DNA of 64,000 nucleotides from an uncultured Actinomycetes bacterium (lineage in GTDB: Bacteria > Actinomycetota > UBA4738 > HRBIN12). The stretch spans positions 155,240 through 219,239 of the forward strand of contig CAVPUQ010000002.1 in the NCBI GenBank assembly GCA_963708985.1, written 5' to 3'. The position numbers were made by a program, and so were the translations under genes. The notes beneath the pieces are model-generated. The model saw only the letters and a list, made by a program, of their open reading frames with translations. It was not told the origin of the DNA and searched no databases. Positions 1 through 8,532 of the stretch are shown piece after piece (positions within the stretch are counted from its first letter, which is position 1; the number at the start of each line of letters is the position of its first letter).

Positions 1-340
1 CGCCGTCGTAGGGGCGCCCGACGACCTGAGCGATGTCGGCCGCCATGGCCTCGTCGCTGACCTCGTGGTTGGCGCTCTGGAAGCGGTTGTAGCAGGCGGC
101 GCAAGGCACCGCGACCGCGTCGAGCTTCATGTCGTCCTTGACCTTGACGAGCTCGTTGGCCGGCAGGGCAGCCGCCAGCAGACGGTTGGCGGAGTGGCCG
201 GCGGTGTTGCCGCAGCACTGCCAGCCGGGGATCTCGGCGAGGTCGACGTCGAGCTTGGCCATCGTGCCATCGAACGAGCTGTCGAGCTCCTTGGCGGTGC
301 TGTGGAGCGAGCAACCGGGGTAGTAGGCGAGCTTGGTCAT
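1..340 (-). CDS. hdrB: Heterodisulfide reductase subunit B (HdrB), N-terminal part; gene runs off the window edge
   Basis: Minus-strand translation from ATG at 340..338: MTKLAYYPGCSLHST...WQCCGNTAGH...PCAACYNRFQ. This is the CCG (cysteine-rich) domain signature of HdrB/GlcF. Its ATG overlaps the hdrC stop (ATGA). Confidence 0.8.
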   Translation of the reverse strand, partial: MTKLAYYPGCSLHSTAKELDSSFDGTMAKLDVDLAEIPGWQCCGNTAGHSANRLLAAALPANELVKVKDDMKLDAVAVPCAACYNRFQSANHEVSDEAMAADIAQVVGRPYDG

Positions 341-981
341 GACGTTCCGCCCACCTTCGGGGTTCCACCGGCAGCCGAGGCGCCGCTGGCGCCCGGCGCC
401 TTCCCGGCCGCCGCGATCTTGGCCTCGACGCGCCGCCGGGCCTCGACGCGCTCGGCCGCCCGGGACATGCGCTTCATCTGCCTGCGATCGCCGATCGCCG
501 GTAGCAGGCCGACCTTCCCCTTGGACAGCATCTTGATGCCGAGACCGGTGTAGCCGAGCGCGGCCTTGGGTCGCCTGAGCAGGTCGAGCACGACGAGCTC
601 GAGCTCATACAGGCGGCCCCAGCGCCTGAACGACCTGTAGTTGATGTCGAGGCTGCGCGCGAACGGCATGTCCCTACGTACCCGACCATCGTGGCGGGCG
701 ATGATCCGCAGCTCGTCCATGATCGAGGCGACGTCGATGCCCTGGGGGCAACGCGTGGTGCACGTCTCGCAGCCGGTGCACAGCCAGATGAACCTGCTGC
801 CGACCGACATGGCCTCGTCGCCGAGCTGCACGGCACGCATGACCTGAGCCGGATGGACGTCGGCGAACGGGGCCACCGGGCAGCCGGTGGAGCACTCCTT
901 GCACTGGTAGCACAGGTAGGGGTTCTCGCCCGATCCGGAGCGGATCCGTGCAGCGAGGGCGCCCGACAGGGTCTGGGTCAC
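337..981 (-). CDS. hdrC: Heterodisulfide reductase subunit C (HdrC), 2x[4Fe-4S] ferredoxin domain
   Basis: The ORF 337..1083 contains CYQCKECSTGCP and CTGCETCTTRCP. The likely start is GTG at about 981, preceded by GGAGGAGG. The longer ORF start would overlap the metF stop at 1017. Confidence 0.75.
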   Translation of the reverse strand: MTQTLSGALAARIRSGSGENPYLCYQCKECSTGCPVAPFADVHPAQVMRAVQLGDEAMSVGSRFIWLCTGCETCTTRCPQGIDVASIMDELRIIARHDGRVRRDMPFARSLDINYRSFRRWGRLYELELVVLDLLRRPKAALGYTGLGIKMLSKGKVGLLPAIGDRRQMKRMSRAAERVEARRRVEAKIAAAGKAPGASGASAAGGTPKVGGTS

Positions 982-1016
982 GTCCTCCTCCACTCGGTCA
1001 CGTTTCTCACTCCTTC

Positions 1017-1967
1017 TCAAGCGACCGCAGGGCGCGGCGTCAGTCCGGCGGCCTCGACGATCTCGGGAACGGCAGACTCCCACTCGATAGCCATGATGTG
1101 CACCCCTGCAACGCCCTCGACCTCGGCCAGCTCCTCGATCATCTCGACGGCGAGCTTCTTGCCTTCGGTCTGCTGCGCCTCACCCTTGTCCCTGCCGGCG
1201 ATGCGGTCGATGATCTCCTGCGGCACGTCCATGCCGGGCACCGACTTCTTCATGTAGTTGGCCATGCCGGCGCTCTTGATGGGCGTGATGCCGGCGAGGA
1301 TCTTGACCTCCTGGTGGAGTCCCAAGGCCCGCACCTCCTCCATCCACTGCTTGAACCTGGAGACGTTGAAGATGCACTGGGTCTGCACGAAGTCGGCGCC
1401 GGCTTCGACCTTCTTCTTGAGACGAAGGGCGCGGAACTCGAGCGGATCGCCGAAGGGGTTCTCTGCGCAGCCGATGAAGAGGGGAGGGGCAACGTCCATC
1501 TCCTCTCCGCACTGGAACCTCTTCTCATCGCGCATGTCCTTGTACATGCGGATCAGGCCGATCGAGTCAAGGTCGTGGACCCCCCGGGCCTTGGGGTGGT
1601 TCCCGAAGCTGATGTGGTCGCCCGTCAGGCAGAGGATGTTCTTCACGCCGAGCGTGGCGGCGCCGAGGATGTCGGCCTGCATGGCGAGCCGGTTGCGGTC
1701 GCGGCAGGTCATCTGCATGACCGCTTCGACGCCGCTCAGCTGCACCGTGTGAGCGGCGGCGAGCGAGCAGACGCGTACCACGGCCGTCTGGTTGTCCGTG
1801 ACGTTGGCGGCATCGACGTAGCCCCGGAGGAGCTCGGCCTTCTCTTCTATGACGCGGCCGTCTGCGCTCTTCGGCGGGCCGCACTCGCCGGTGACGGCGA
1901 ACGTGCCCGCCGAGAGGACCTTCTCGAGGTTGCTGCCCGCCTTCAGTGTCAGGAGATCGTCGCTCAT
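1017..1967 (-). CDS. metF: Methylenetetrahydrofolate reductase, MetF of the MetFV type
   Basis: 316 aa, MSDDLLTLKAGSNLEKVLSAG... with MTHFR TIM-barrel motifs (QTQCIFN, ILAGITPI). Same arrangement as the Moorella MetF that sits with MetV/HdrABC/MvhD. Its ATG overlaps the metV stop (ATGA). Confidence 0.85.
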   Translation of the reverse strand: MSDDLLTLKAGSNLEKVLSAGTFAVTGECGPPKSADGRVIEEKAELLRGYVDAANVTDNQTAVVRVCSLAAAHTVQLSGVEAVMQMTCRDRNRLAMQADILGAATLGVKNILCLTGDHISFGNHPKARGVHDLDSIGLIRMYKDMRDEKRFQCGEEMDVAPPLFIGCAENPFGDPLEFRALRLKKKVEAGADFVQTQCIFNVSRFKQWMEEVRALGLHQEVKILAGITPIKSAGMANYMKKSVPGMDVPQEIIDRIAGRDKGEAQQTEGKKLAVEMIEELAEVEGVAGVHIMAIEWESAVPEIVEAAGLTPRPAVA

Positions 1968-2647
1968 ACCGGCTTCGCTTCTTCGCGCACCATCTTCCGA
2001 GGACCACCGGAGCTGCTCTTGCTCCAGTCCTTGGGCGGACGGTACTGGAACATCAGCTCTTCACGGCCCTGCGCCTTCAGGCGCTCCCAGATCAGTGCCC
2101 AGGCGCACTCGATCTCCTCCCCGTCGGGGCCGACGACCTCGCAGAGTCCGGCGTGTGAGCCACCGCAGGGGCCGTTCATGAGGCTCTTGGAGCAGCGCAC
2201 CACCGGGCAGATGCCGGCGGTGAGTCCGATCACACAGTCGCCGCACGCAACGCAGCGCTCGAGCCACACCGCATGCTCCTGGGGCATGCCGAGCATGTTG
2301 GTGTTGACGGCCGGCATGACCAGCTTGGGGGCGAACTTCTCGGCCAGGGCCTGGATGCCGATACCGCACGCCATGCTGAGCACGAGCGGGAACTCGCCGA
2401 CCTTGTCGGCGATCGTGTCGAGGTACTCCCACTCGCACTGGCGGATGGCGGCCGTGTGCTCGACGGTGACCTCACGGCCTTCTTCCTTCGCCCTGATGCT
2501 GATCTCGGAGGCGAGGATCTCCGCCTCCTTCTCGCCCCCGGACATACAGATCGCGACACACGTGTCGCAGCCGGCGACCAGCACCCTGTCGTGCCCTTCG
2601 GTCATGGCGTAGATCTCGGCGAAGGGTTTGCGTTCCGCTGTGATCAT
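1964..2647 (-). CDS. metV: MetV, the zinc-ribbon small subunit of MetF-type MTHFR. In frame with the upstream mvhD, with no stop between them
   Basis: 227-aa segment MITAERKPFAEIYAMTEGHDRVLVAGCDTCVAICMSGGEKE...RCVACGDCV...CSKSLMNGPCGG. There is an internal ATG at 2647..2645 with an AGGAAGGA RBS. It is the C-terminal part of the continuous 1964..3262 reading frame. Confidence 0.75.
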   Translation of the reverse strand: MITAERKPFAEIYAMTEGHDRVLVAGCDTCVAICMSGGEKEAEILASEISIRAKEEGREVTVEHTAAIRQCEWEYLDTIADKVGEFPLVLSMACGIGIQALAEKFAPKLVMPAVNTNMLGMPQEHAVWLERCVACGDCVIGLTAGICPVVRCSKSLMNGPCGGSHAGLCEVVGPDGEEIECAWALIWERLKAQGREELMFQYRPPKDWSKSSSGGPRKMVREEAKPV

Positions 2648-3262
2648 CTCTTCGGTCCTTCCTGCACGGTGACCCCTGCGACGGACCCGCTGGGGGGTGT
2701 CGTCGGCACCCGCCGGGACGCCATCGGGCAGAGCGGCGTCACCCAGCCGGGCGCGCACGACCTCGGCCGGCTCGAAACCGTCCCGGGGCCGCACGGGGTT
2801 CGGCCCGAGGCGGCGGATGCGCTCGGTGAACTCGCGTGCCGTCCTGGCGAACTCCGGCCCCATGGCCGACGACATGTTGAACATCTCGACGCGCTGGGGA
2901 TCCATGCCCACTTCCTCGAGCAGCCTCTGCACGTGCCCCATCCGCTTGCGCGCCCAGAGGTTGCCCTCGAGGTAGTGGCACTGGCCTTCGAGGCATCCGG
3001 CGGCGTAGACGCCGTCGGCGCCGGCCTCGAGCGCCTTGAGCACGTGGATGACCTCGAGCTTGCCGGTGCAGGGCAGCTTGATCATGCGGATGTTGGTCGG
3101 GTACTGCAGGCGCATGCTTCCGGCGAGGTCGGCGGCCGCGTAGGCGCAGTAGTGACAGGCGAAGACGATGATCTCGGGTTCGAAGCCCTCGTTCGCCGGC
3201 AGCGCCGATCCGGTCGCCGGGTCGGCGAGGGTCGTCGTCGCCTGCCGTGCGTCGTCGGTCAT
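2648..3262 (-). CDS. mvhD: MvhD/FlxD-like [2Fe-2S] electron-transfer subunit. No stop codon before metV, so apparently translationally fused
   Basis: MTDDARQ...IIVFACHYCAYAAADLAGSMRLQYPTNIRMIKLPCTGKLEV...AAGCLEGQCHYLEGN...EFARTA is the canonical MvhD fold. The ATG at 3262..3260 overlaps the hdrA-like TGA. A Pro/Arg-rich 45-aa linker then runs straight into the MetV methionine. Confidence 0.75.
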
Positions 3263-6200
3263 CACACGTGAGCTCCCATGGTCAGCGCCTCTTCCTTCGC
3301 GAAGATCTGCACGTCCGTGTAGTGGTGCAGCTCGATCGCCTTGGCAGGGCATTCGCTGGCGCAGATGCCGCAACCCTGACAGGCCGCCGCCTCGATCGTG
3401 GCCTTCTTGGTGTCGGGCTCGATGATCGGCACGCCGTAGGGGCAGATCCGCACGCAGGTGAGGCAGGCGGCGCACTTGTCCTGGTCGACCTCCGCGACGA
3501 CGCCGCCGGCCGCGAGCGCCGGCTTGGCGAGGATCGCCGCGGCGCGACCGGCGGCGGCGTAGGCCTGCGAGATCGACTCCTCGATGCCCTTGGGATAGTG
3601 GGCCGAGCCGCACAGGAAGATGCCCTCGCTGGCGAAGTCGACCGGGCGCAGCTTGACGTGCGCCTCGAGGTAGAAGCCGTCGGCGGTGAGCGGCACCTTG
3701 AGCATCTTCGAGAGCTCCTCGTTCCCGTCGTTCGGGACCGTCGGGGTGGCCAGCACGAGCAGGTCGAGCGGCAGCCCGATGCGCTTGTTCAGGTACGGGT
3801 CTTTGAAGTCGACCTGGACGGAGCCGTTGGCGGTGACCAGCGGCCGGTCGCCGTTGTCGTAGCGCGTGAAGATGACGCCCAGCTCGCGGGCGCGGGTGTA
3901 GTACTCCTCGGTCAGGCCGGAGGTGCGGATCTCCTTGAACCACACGTAGACCGGTCGGTCGGGGTCCTGCTCCTTCAGGCGGATCGCGTTCTTGATGCTC
4001 TGCGCGCAGCAGGTCCGCGAGCAGTACGGCTTGTTCTCGTCGAGCGAGCCGGTGCACAGGATGAAGCCGACCGAGCCGGCCTGCTCGACCGCCGGGTCGT
4101 GGTCGGCGAGCAGCTTCTCGAGGTCCATGCCGGTGACGACCTTCTGGTTCGAGCCGAGACCGAAGAGCTCGGGGCGTTGCTCCTTCGCGCCGGTGGCGAC
4201 GATCACGACGCCGTGCTCGACGAGCATCCGCCTGCCGTCGTCGTCTTCGATCACGCTGGAGAAGTTGCCGATGAAGCCGTGGAAGTCGGTCAACAAGGCG
4301 CGGAGGTGCACCGTGACGTTGGGGTTGTCGACGACGCGCTTCACGAGCGCGGCGACGAACCCGGCGGGATCGCTGCCCCGGATGGTCCGGTCGAGCTCGA
4401 GCGCCCGTCCACCCAGCGTGTCGGTGCACTCCACGAGGTGCACCTCGTAGCCCATCTCTCCGAGCGCGGCAGCGGCCGTCATGCCCGAGATGCCGCCGCC
4501 CACGACGACGGCGGAGTGGGTGAGCGGCACATCGGTCTTGTAGAGGGGCTCGAGCTCGCGCGCCCGCGCCACGCTCATGCGGATCAGGTCCTTGGCCTTC
4601 TCGGTTGCCTTCTCGGGCTCGTCGCGGTGCACCCACGACGCCTGGTCGCGGATGTTGGCCATCTCGAACAGGAACGGGTTGAGGCCGGCCTCGCGCAGGG
4701 TGTCCTGGAAGATCGGCTCGTGCGTGCGCGGCGTGCAGCTCGCGACCACGACCCGGTTCAGGTCGTGCTCTTCGATCTTCTCCTTGATCAGCTTGAGCGA
4801 GTCGGAGGAACACGTGTACATCGTGTCGTCGGCGCAGACGACGCCGGGGAGCCCCATCGCGTAGTCGGCGGCGCCCTCGACGTCGATCACGCTCGCGATG
4901 TTGGAGCCGCAGTGGCACACGAAGACACCGACGCGCGGCTCTGCTCCGACGACCTGCTTCTCTGCCGGGTAGCGCTTGTCGACCGTCAGCGTGCCGCGCG
5001 CGTCGGCGAGGCCGGTCATCACCCGCGCCGCGGCGGCCGAGGCCTGGGCGACGGAGTCGGGGATGTCCTTGGGCTCGCTGAAGGGGCCGGCCACGAAGAC
5101 GCCGGGGCGTGAGGTGTCGAGCGGCTCGTACTCCTCGAGCTTGCAGAAGCCGTGGCGATTGAGCGCGATGCCCAGGGCGCCGGCGGCCTCCTGCGCCTTG
5201 CGCGAAGGCTCGAGGCCGACCGAGAGGACGACCATGTCGTATCGGTCGGTGTGCAGGGCGCCACCCGCGTCTTCCCAGGTGATCAGCGCATCGCCGGTCC
5301 CCGGGTCCTCCTTGATGGAGGAGGGCCGTGAACGCACGAACCTGACGCCCATGTCGAGGGCCCGCTGATAGAAGTCGTCGAACCCCTTGCCCATGGCACG
5401 CATGTCCATGAGGAAGACGGTCGGTTCGCAGTCGGGCTCGTGGTCGATGGTCAACATCGCCTGCTTGTTCGCGAACATGCAGCAGACGCTGGAGCAGTAC
5501 TCGTGCTCTTGATCGCGCGAGCCGACGCACTGGATGAAGGCGATGCTCTTGGGATGGCGGCCGTCGGATGGCCGCTTGACCTCGCCCTGGTTGGGACCGG
5601 ACGCCGAGAGCATCCTCTCGTACTCCAACGCCGAGAGGATGTTCGGGTACCGGCCGTAGCCGTACTCGCCCTGCCGGCTCGGGTCGTACGGGTCGAAGCC
5701 GGGGGCCAGCACGACGGCGCCCACATCGATCGTGATCTCTTCCTCTCGCTGGTCGAAAGCGATGGCATCGGCTTCGCAGACCACCTCGCAGACGCCGCAC
5801 ACGTCATGACTGAGACGTACGCAGGCGGCCGGGTCGATGACCGCAGTGTTGGGCACAGCCTGCGGGTAGGGGATGTAGACGGCCGGGCGGTCGTCGAGAC
5901 CCAGGTTGTACTCGTTCGCAAGCGGGATCCGCTCGTTCGGCGAGCTGAGCGGCGACACCTTCTTGCCGACGGGGCACACCTGGTCGCAGGCGCCGCAGGT
6001 CCAGCAGGCCTCGTTGTGCCGGCCGAACGGCGGCTCGAGCTTCTTGTTGGAGCCCCTGCCAGAGAAGCCGATCGCCGATCTGCCCATGCGTTCCTCGCAG
6101 ATGCGCACGCACAGACCGCAGTAGATGCAGTCATCGTTCTTCTTCGAGAAGCGCGGCTCCGTCACGCCGTATCCGGCCGCGATCCGCTGGATGACCTCCG

Positions 6201-6498
6201 AGTCGGGGCAGCGGGCCAGGAGGAGCTCGGATGTCACGCGCCGCGCTCGCATCACGCGGTCGCTGTCGGTGACCACGGTCATGCCGTCGAGCACCGGCAC
6301 GGAACACGAGGCCAGGAGACCGGGTGCACGGCCGGCCGTGCTGACCTCGACGACGCACAGCCGGCACGCGCCATATGGCGTCAGGGCCTTGTGGTCGCAG
6401 AGGGTCGGGATCCGGATGCCTTGCTGCTGGAGGGCGCGCAGCAGGTGGATGCCCCCCTCGACCTCGACCGGAGCACCGTTGATCGTCAGGCTCACCAT
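3262..6498 (-). CDS. hdrA: Large HdrA-like flavoprotein (1078 aa) with an N-terminal NuoG-like [2Fe-2S] domain and extra [4Fe-4S] domains. Appears to be a tandem or split HdrA architecture
   Basis: The start MVSLTINGAPVEV...CDHKALTPYGACRLC is a [2Fe-2S] domain, followed by CIYCGLCVRICE / CWTCGACDQVCP. Two HdrA CxGSRD...CSxxCC motifs are present (FIQCVGSRDQEHEYCSSVCC and ILCTGSLDENKPYCSRTCC). It also carries GVFVCHCGSNIASVIDVEG, an FAD Rossmann motif VVVGGGISGMTAAAALGEMGYEVHLVE, and a C-terminal 2x[4Fe-4S] domain. The ATG at 6498 overlaps the stop of the upstream gene. Confidence 0.8.
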   Translation of the reverse strand: MVSLTINGAPVEVEGGIHLLRALQQQGIRIPTLCDHKALTPYGACRLCVVEVSTAGRAPGLLASCSVPVLDGMTVVTDSDRVMRARRVTSELLLARCPDSEVIQRIAAGYGVTEPRFSKKNDDCIYCGLCVRICEERMGRSAIGFSGRGSNKKLEPPFGRHNEACWTCGACDQVCPVGKKVSPLSSPNERIPLANEYNLGLDDRPAVYIPYPQAVPNTAVIDPAACVRLSHDVCGVCEVVCEADAIAFDQREEEITIDVGAVVLAPGFDPYDPSRQGEYGYGRYPNILSALEYERMLSASGPNQGEVKRPSDGRHPKSIAFIQCVGSRDQEHEYCSSVCCMFANKQAMLTIDHEPDCEPTVFLMDMRAMGKGFDDFYQRALDMGVRFVRSRPSSIKEDPGTGDALITWEDAGGALHTDRYDMVVLSVGLEPSRKAQEAAGALGIALNRHGFCKLEEYEPLDTSRPGVFVAGPFSEPKDIPDSVAQASAAAARVMTGLADARGTLTVDKRYPAEKQVVGAEPRVGVFVCHCGSNIASVIDVEGAADYAMGLPGVVCADDTMYTCSSDSLKLIKEKIEEHDLNRVVVASCTPRTHEPIFQDTLREAGLNPFLFEMANIRDQASWVHRDEPEKATEKAKDLIRMSVARARELEPLYKTDVPLTHSAVVVGGGISGMTAAAALGEMGYEVHLVECTDTLGGRALELDRTIRGSDPAGFVAALVKRVVDNPNVTVHLRALLTDFHGFIGNFSSVIEDDDGRRMLVEHGVVIVATGAKEQRPELFGLGSNQKVVTGMDLEKLLADHDPAVEQAGSVGFILCTGSLDENKPYCSRTCCAQSIKNAIRLKEQDPDRPVYVWFKEIRTSGLTEEYYTRARELGVIFTRYDNGDRPLVTANGSVQVDFKDPYLNKRIGLPLDLLVLATPTVPNDGNEELSKMLKVPLTADGFYLEAHVKLRPVDFASEGIFLCGSAHYPKGIEESISQAYAAAGRAAAILAKPALAAGGVVAEVDQDKCAACLTCVRICPYGVPIIEPDTKKATIEAAACQGCGICASECPAKAIELHHYTDVQIFAKEEALTMGAHV

Positions 6499-8531
6499 CA
6501 GCGGTCCTCGCCCTTCTCGGTCCGTCCTGCTCCCGCCGCGCCTCGGTCCTGTCTCCACTCAGCCGCCGGGATCGGGACGGGCAGGGATTCCCACTCCTCG
6601 GCCTCTCTGCCCGTCAGCTTCAGCACGGCATCCAGCCTTGGAGGGCACACCTCGAAGCACTCGCCGCACTTGGTGCACAGATCAGCGTCGATCACGTGGA
6701 TCGACTTCCGTTCACCCCTGATGGCGCCGGCGGGGCACGCCTTGAGACAGAGACCGCAGCCCGGGCACCTGTCGGGGTCGATCGCGAACGTGAGGAGCGC
6801 CTTGCATGCCCTCGCAGGGCAGGCACCGTCGTTGATGTGGGCCTCATACTCATCGCGGAAGAAGCGGAGCGTTGAGAGCACGGGGTTGGGCAGCGTGGTG
6901 CCGAGTCCGCACATCGACGCGTCCTTGATCACCTCGCCGAGGTCCTCGAGCAGCTCGAGGTCGCCCGGTCGCCCCTCGCCTGCGGTGATCCGCGTGAGGA
7001 CCTCGAGGAGGGCGTCGCTGCCGTCCCGACAGGTGGTGCACTTGCCGCAGGACTCGTCGTTGGTGAACTGGACGAAGTACTTGGAGACGTCGACCATGCA
7101 CGTGTCTTCGTCCATGACGATCATGCCGCCTGAACCCATGATCGAGCCGGCTTCCCGGAGGCTCTCGTAGTCGACGGGCGAGTCGAAGTAGCTTGCCGGG
7201 ATGCAGCCGCCGGACGGACCCCCGGTCTGGACGGCCTTGAACTCCTTGCCGTCCGGGATCCCGCCGCCGACGTCCTCGACGATCTCGCGAAGGGTCATGC
7301 CCATGGGGACCTCGATCAGCCCGGAGTTCTGGATCTTGCCCACGAGCGAGAAGATCTTGGTGCCCTTGCTGGTCTCAGTGCCCGTTTCCGCGAACCGGCC
7401 GGCGCCGCCCGTGATGATCACTGGGACGTTGGCGAGCGTCTCGACGTTGTTGATGACCGTCGGCTTCCCCCATAGGCCGGACTGCACCGGGTAGGGTGGT
7501 CTTTGCCGCGGCTCCGGCGACCTGCCTTCGATCGAGCGGATCAGAGAGGTCTCCTCACCGCAGACGAACGCGCCCGAACCCTCACGGATCTCGACGTCGA
7601 GGCAGAAGCCCGAGCCGAGGATGTCCTCGCCGAGCAGCCCGTGCTCGCGGGCCTGCTCGATCGCCTTCTGTAGACGGACGATAGCGAGCGGATACTCGGT
7701 CCTCACGTAGGCGTAGCCCCGCGAGGCTCCGATGGCGTATGCCGCGATGGCCATGCCCTCGAGGACCGCATGCGGGTCGGACTCGAGGAGGCTGCGGTCC
7801 ATGTACGCGCCGGGGTCGCCCTCATCGCAGTTGGCGATGATGTACCTCGGCGTCGCCTCTTCGGCGCGGCACAGCTCCCACTTGATGGCCGTGGGGAACC
7901 CGGCGCCCCCACGTCCACGCAGACCCGCGCGGCGCACCTCGTCGATGACCTGTTCGGGCGTCATCGAGGTGACCGCCTTCGCGAGGCCTGCGTAGGCGTC
8001 ACGGGCGAGCGCGTGCTCGAAGACCTCCGGGTCGATGAGGCCCTTGTTGCGGAGCACGACCAGTCGCTGCTTGCTGAAGAACGGCAGGTCGGCGACGAGT
8101 GGCATGGTCGTGGCAACCACTTCCTTCTTCTTCGCCGACGCGTCCGCAGTTGCGCCGGCGACGTCGCCGATGCCGAGGGCGAGATCTTCGACCGCTCGTC
8201 CGCCAACGACGTGGTCGGCCACGATCTTCCGGGCGTCGTCGGCCGCAAGACCACCGTAGAGCGTCGGTGCCTCGCCCGGGACCACGACCGTGACCATCGG
8301 TTCACGCGAGCACAGCCCGGCGCACCCGGTCGTGATGATCTCGACGCCGCCTACCCCCGTCTCAGAGAGCTCGTCGGTGATCGCTGCGAGAACCTCGTTG
8401 GCTCCGGCTGCGCTGCCGCACGTGCCCATGTGGACGATGACCCTGGCGCGTAGGTCTCGTCCTTCGAGGGCAACCTGCCGCACCGCCTCCTCGCGTCGCC
8501 GATAGAGCTCCCGCACGGTGAGGGCGGCCAT
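6498..8531 (-). CDS. NADH-binding flavoprotein of the NuoF/HydB/HoxF/FlxA type (FMN, [2Fe-2S] thioredoxin-like N-domain, 2x[4Fe-4S] C-domain)
   Basis: 677 aa with HMGTCGSAAGANEV...TGCAGLCSREP (thioredoxin-like 2Fe-2S), GRGGAGFPT (NADH/FMN), ESCGKCTTCRDG (N3 cluster), and C-terminal CPGCGLCLKACP / CTKCGECFEVCP. Confidence 0.85.
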   Translation of the reverse strand: MAALTVRELYRRREEAVRQVALEGRDLRARVIVHMGTCGSAAGANEVLAAITDELSETGVGGVEIITTGCAGLCSREPMVTVVVPGEAPTLYGGLAADDARKIVADHVVGGRAVEDLALGIGDVAGATADASAKKKEVVATTMPLVADLPFFSKQRLVVLRNKGLIDPEVFEHALARDAYAGLAKAVTSMTPEQVIDEVRRAGLRGRGGAGFPTAIKWELCRAEEATPRYIIANCDEGDPGAYMDRSLLESDPHAVLEGMAIAAYAIGASRGYAYVRTEYPLAIVRLQKAIEQAREHGLLGEDILGSGFCLDVEIREGSGAFVCGEETSLIRSIEGRSPEPRQRPPYPVQSGLWGKPTVINNVETLANVPVIITGGAGRFAETGTETSKGTKIFSLVGKIQNSGLIEVPMGMTLREIVEDVGGGIPDGKEFKAVQTGGPSGGCIPASYFDSPVDYESLREAGSIMGSGGMIVMDEDTCMVDVSKYFVQFTNDESCGKCTTCRDGSDALLEVLTRITAGEGRPGDLELLEDLGEVIKDASMCGLGTTLPNPVLSTLRFFRDEYEAHINDGACPARACKALLTFAIDPDRCPGCGLCLKACPAGAIRGERKSIHVIDADLCTKCGECFEVCPPRLDAVLKLTGREAEEWESLPVPIPAAEWRQDRGAAGAGRTEKGEDR

Positions 8532-8532
8532 C

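Noticed and set aside
3247-5112. 621-aa plus-strand ORF antisense to hdrA, and the similar 948..2612 ORF (554 aa) antisense to metF/metV
   Set aside because: Low-complexity Arg/Gly/Asp-rich translation with no domain signal. It is antisense to strongly conserved genes and is a typical GC-rich shadow ORF.
1964-5800. 1278-aa minus-strand ORF
   Set aside because: Only its last 432 codons (mvhD-metV) are genic. Upstream it is an out-of-frame shadow of hdrA that stays open because stop codons are rare in high-GC DNA.
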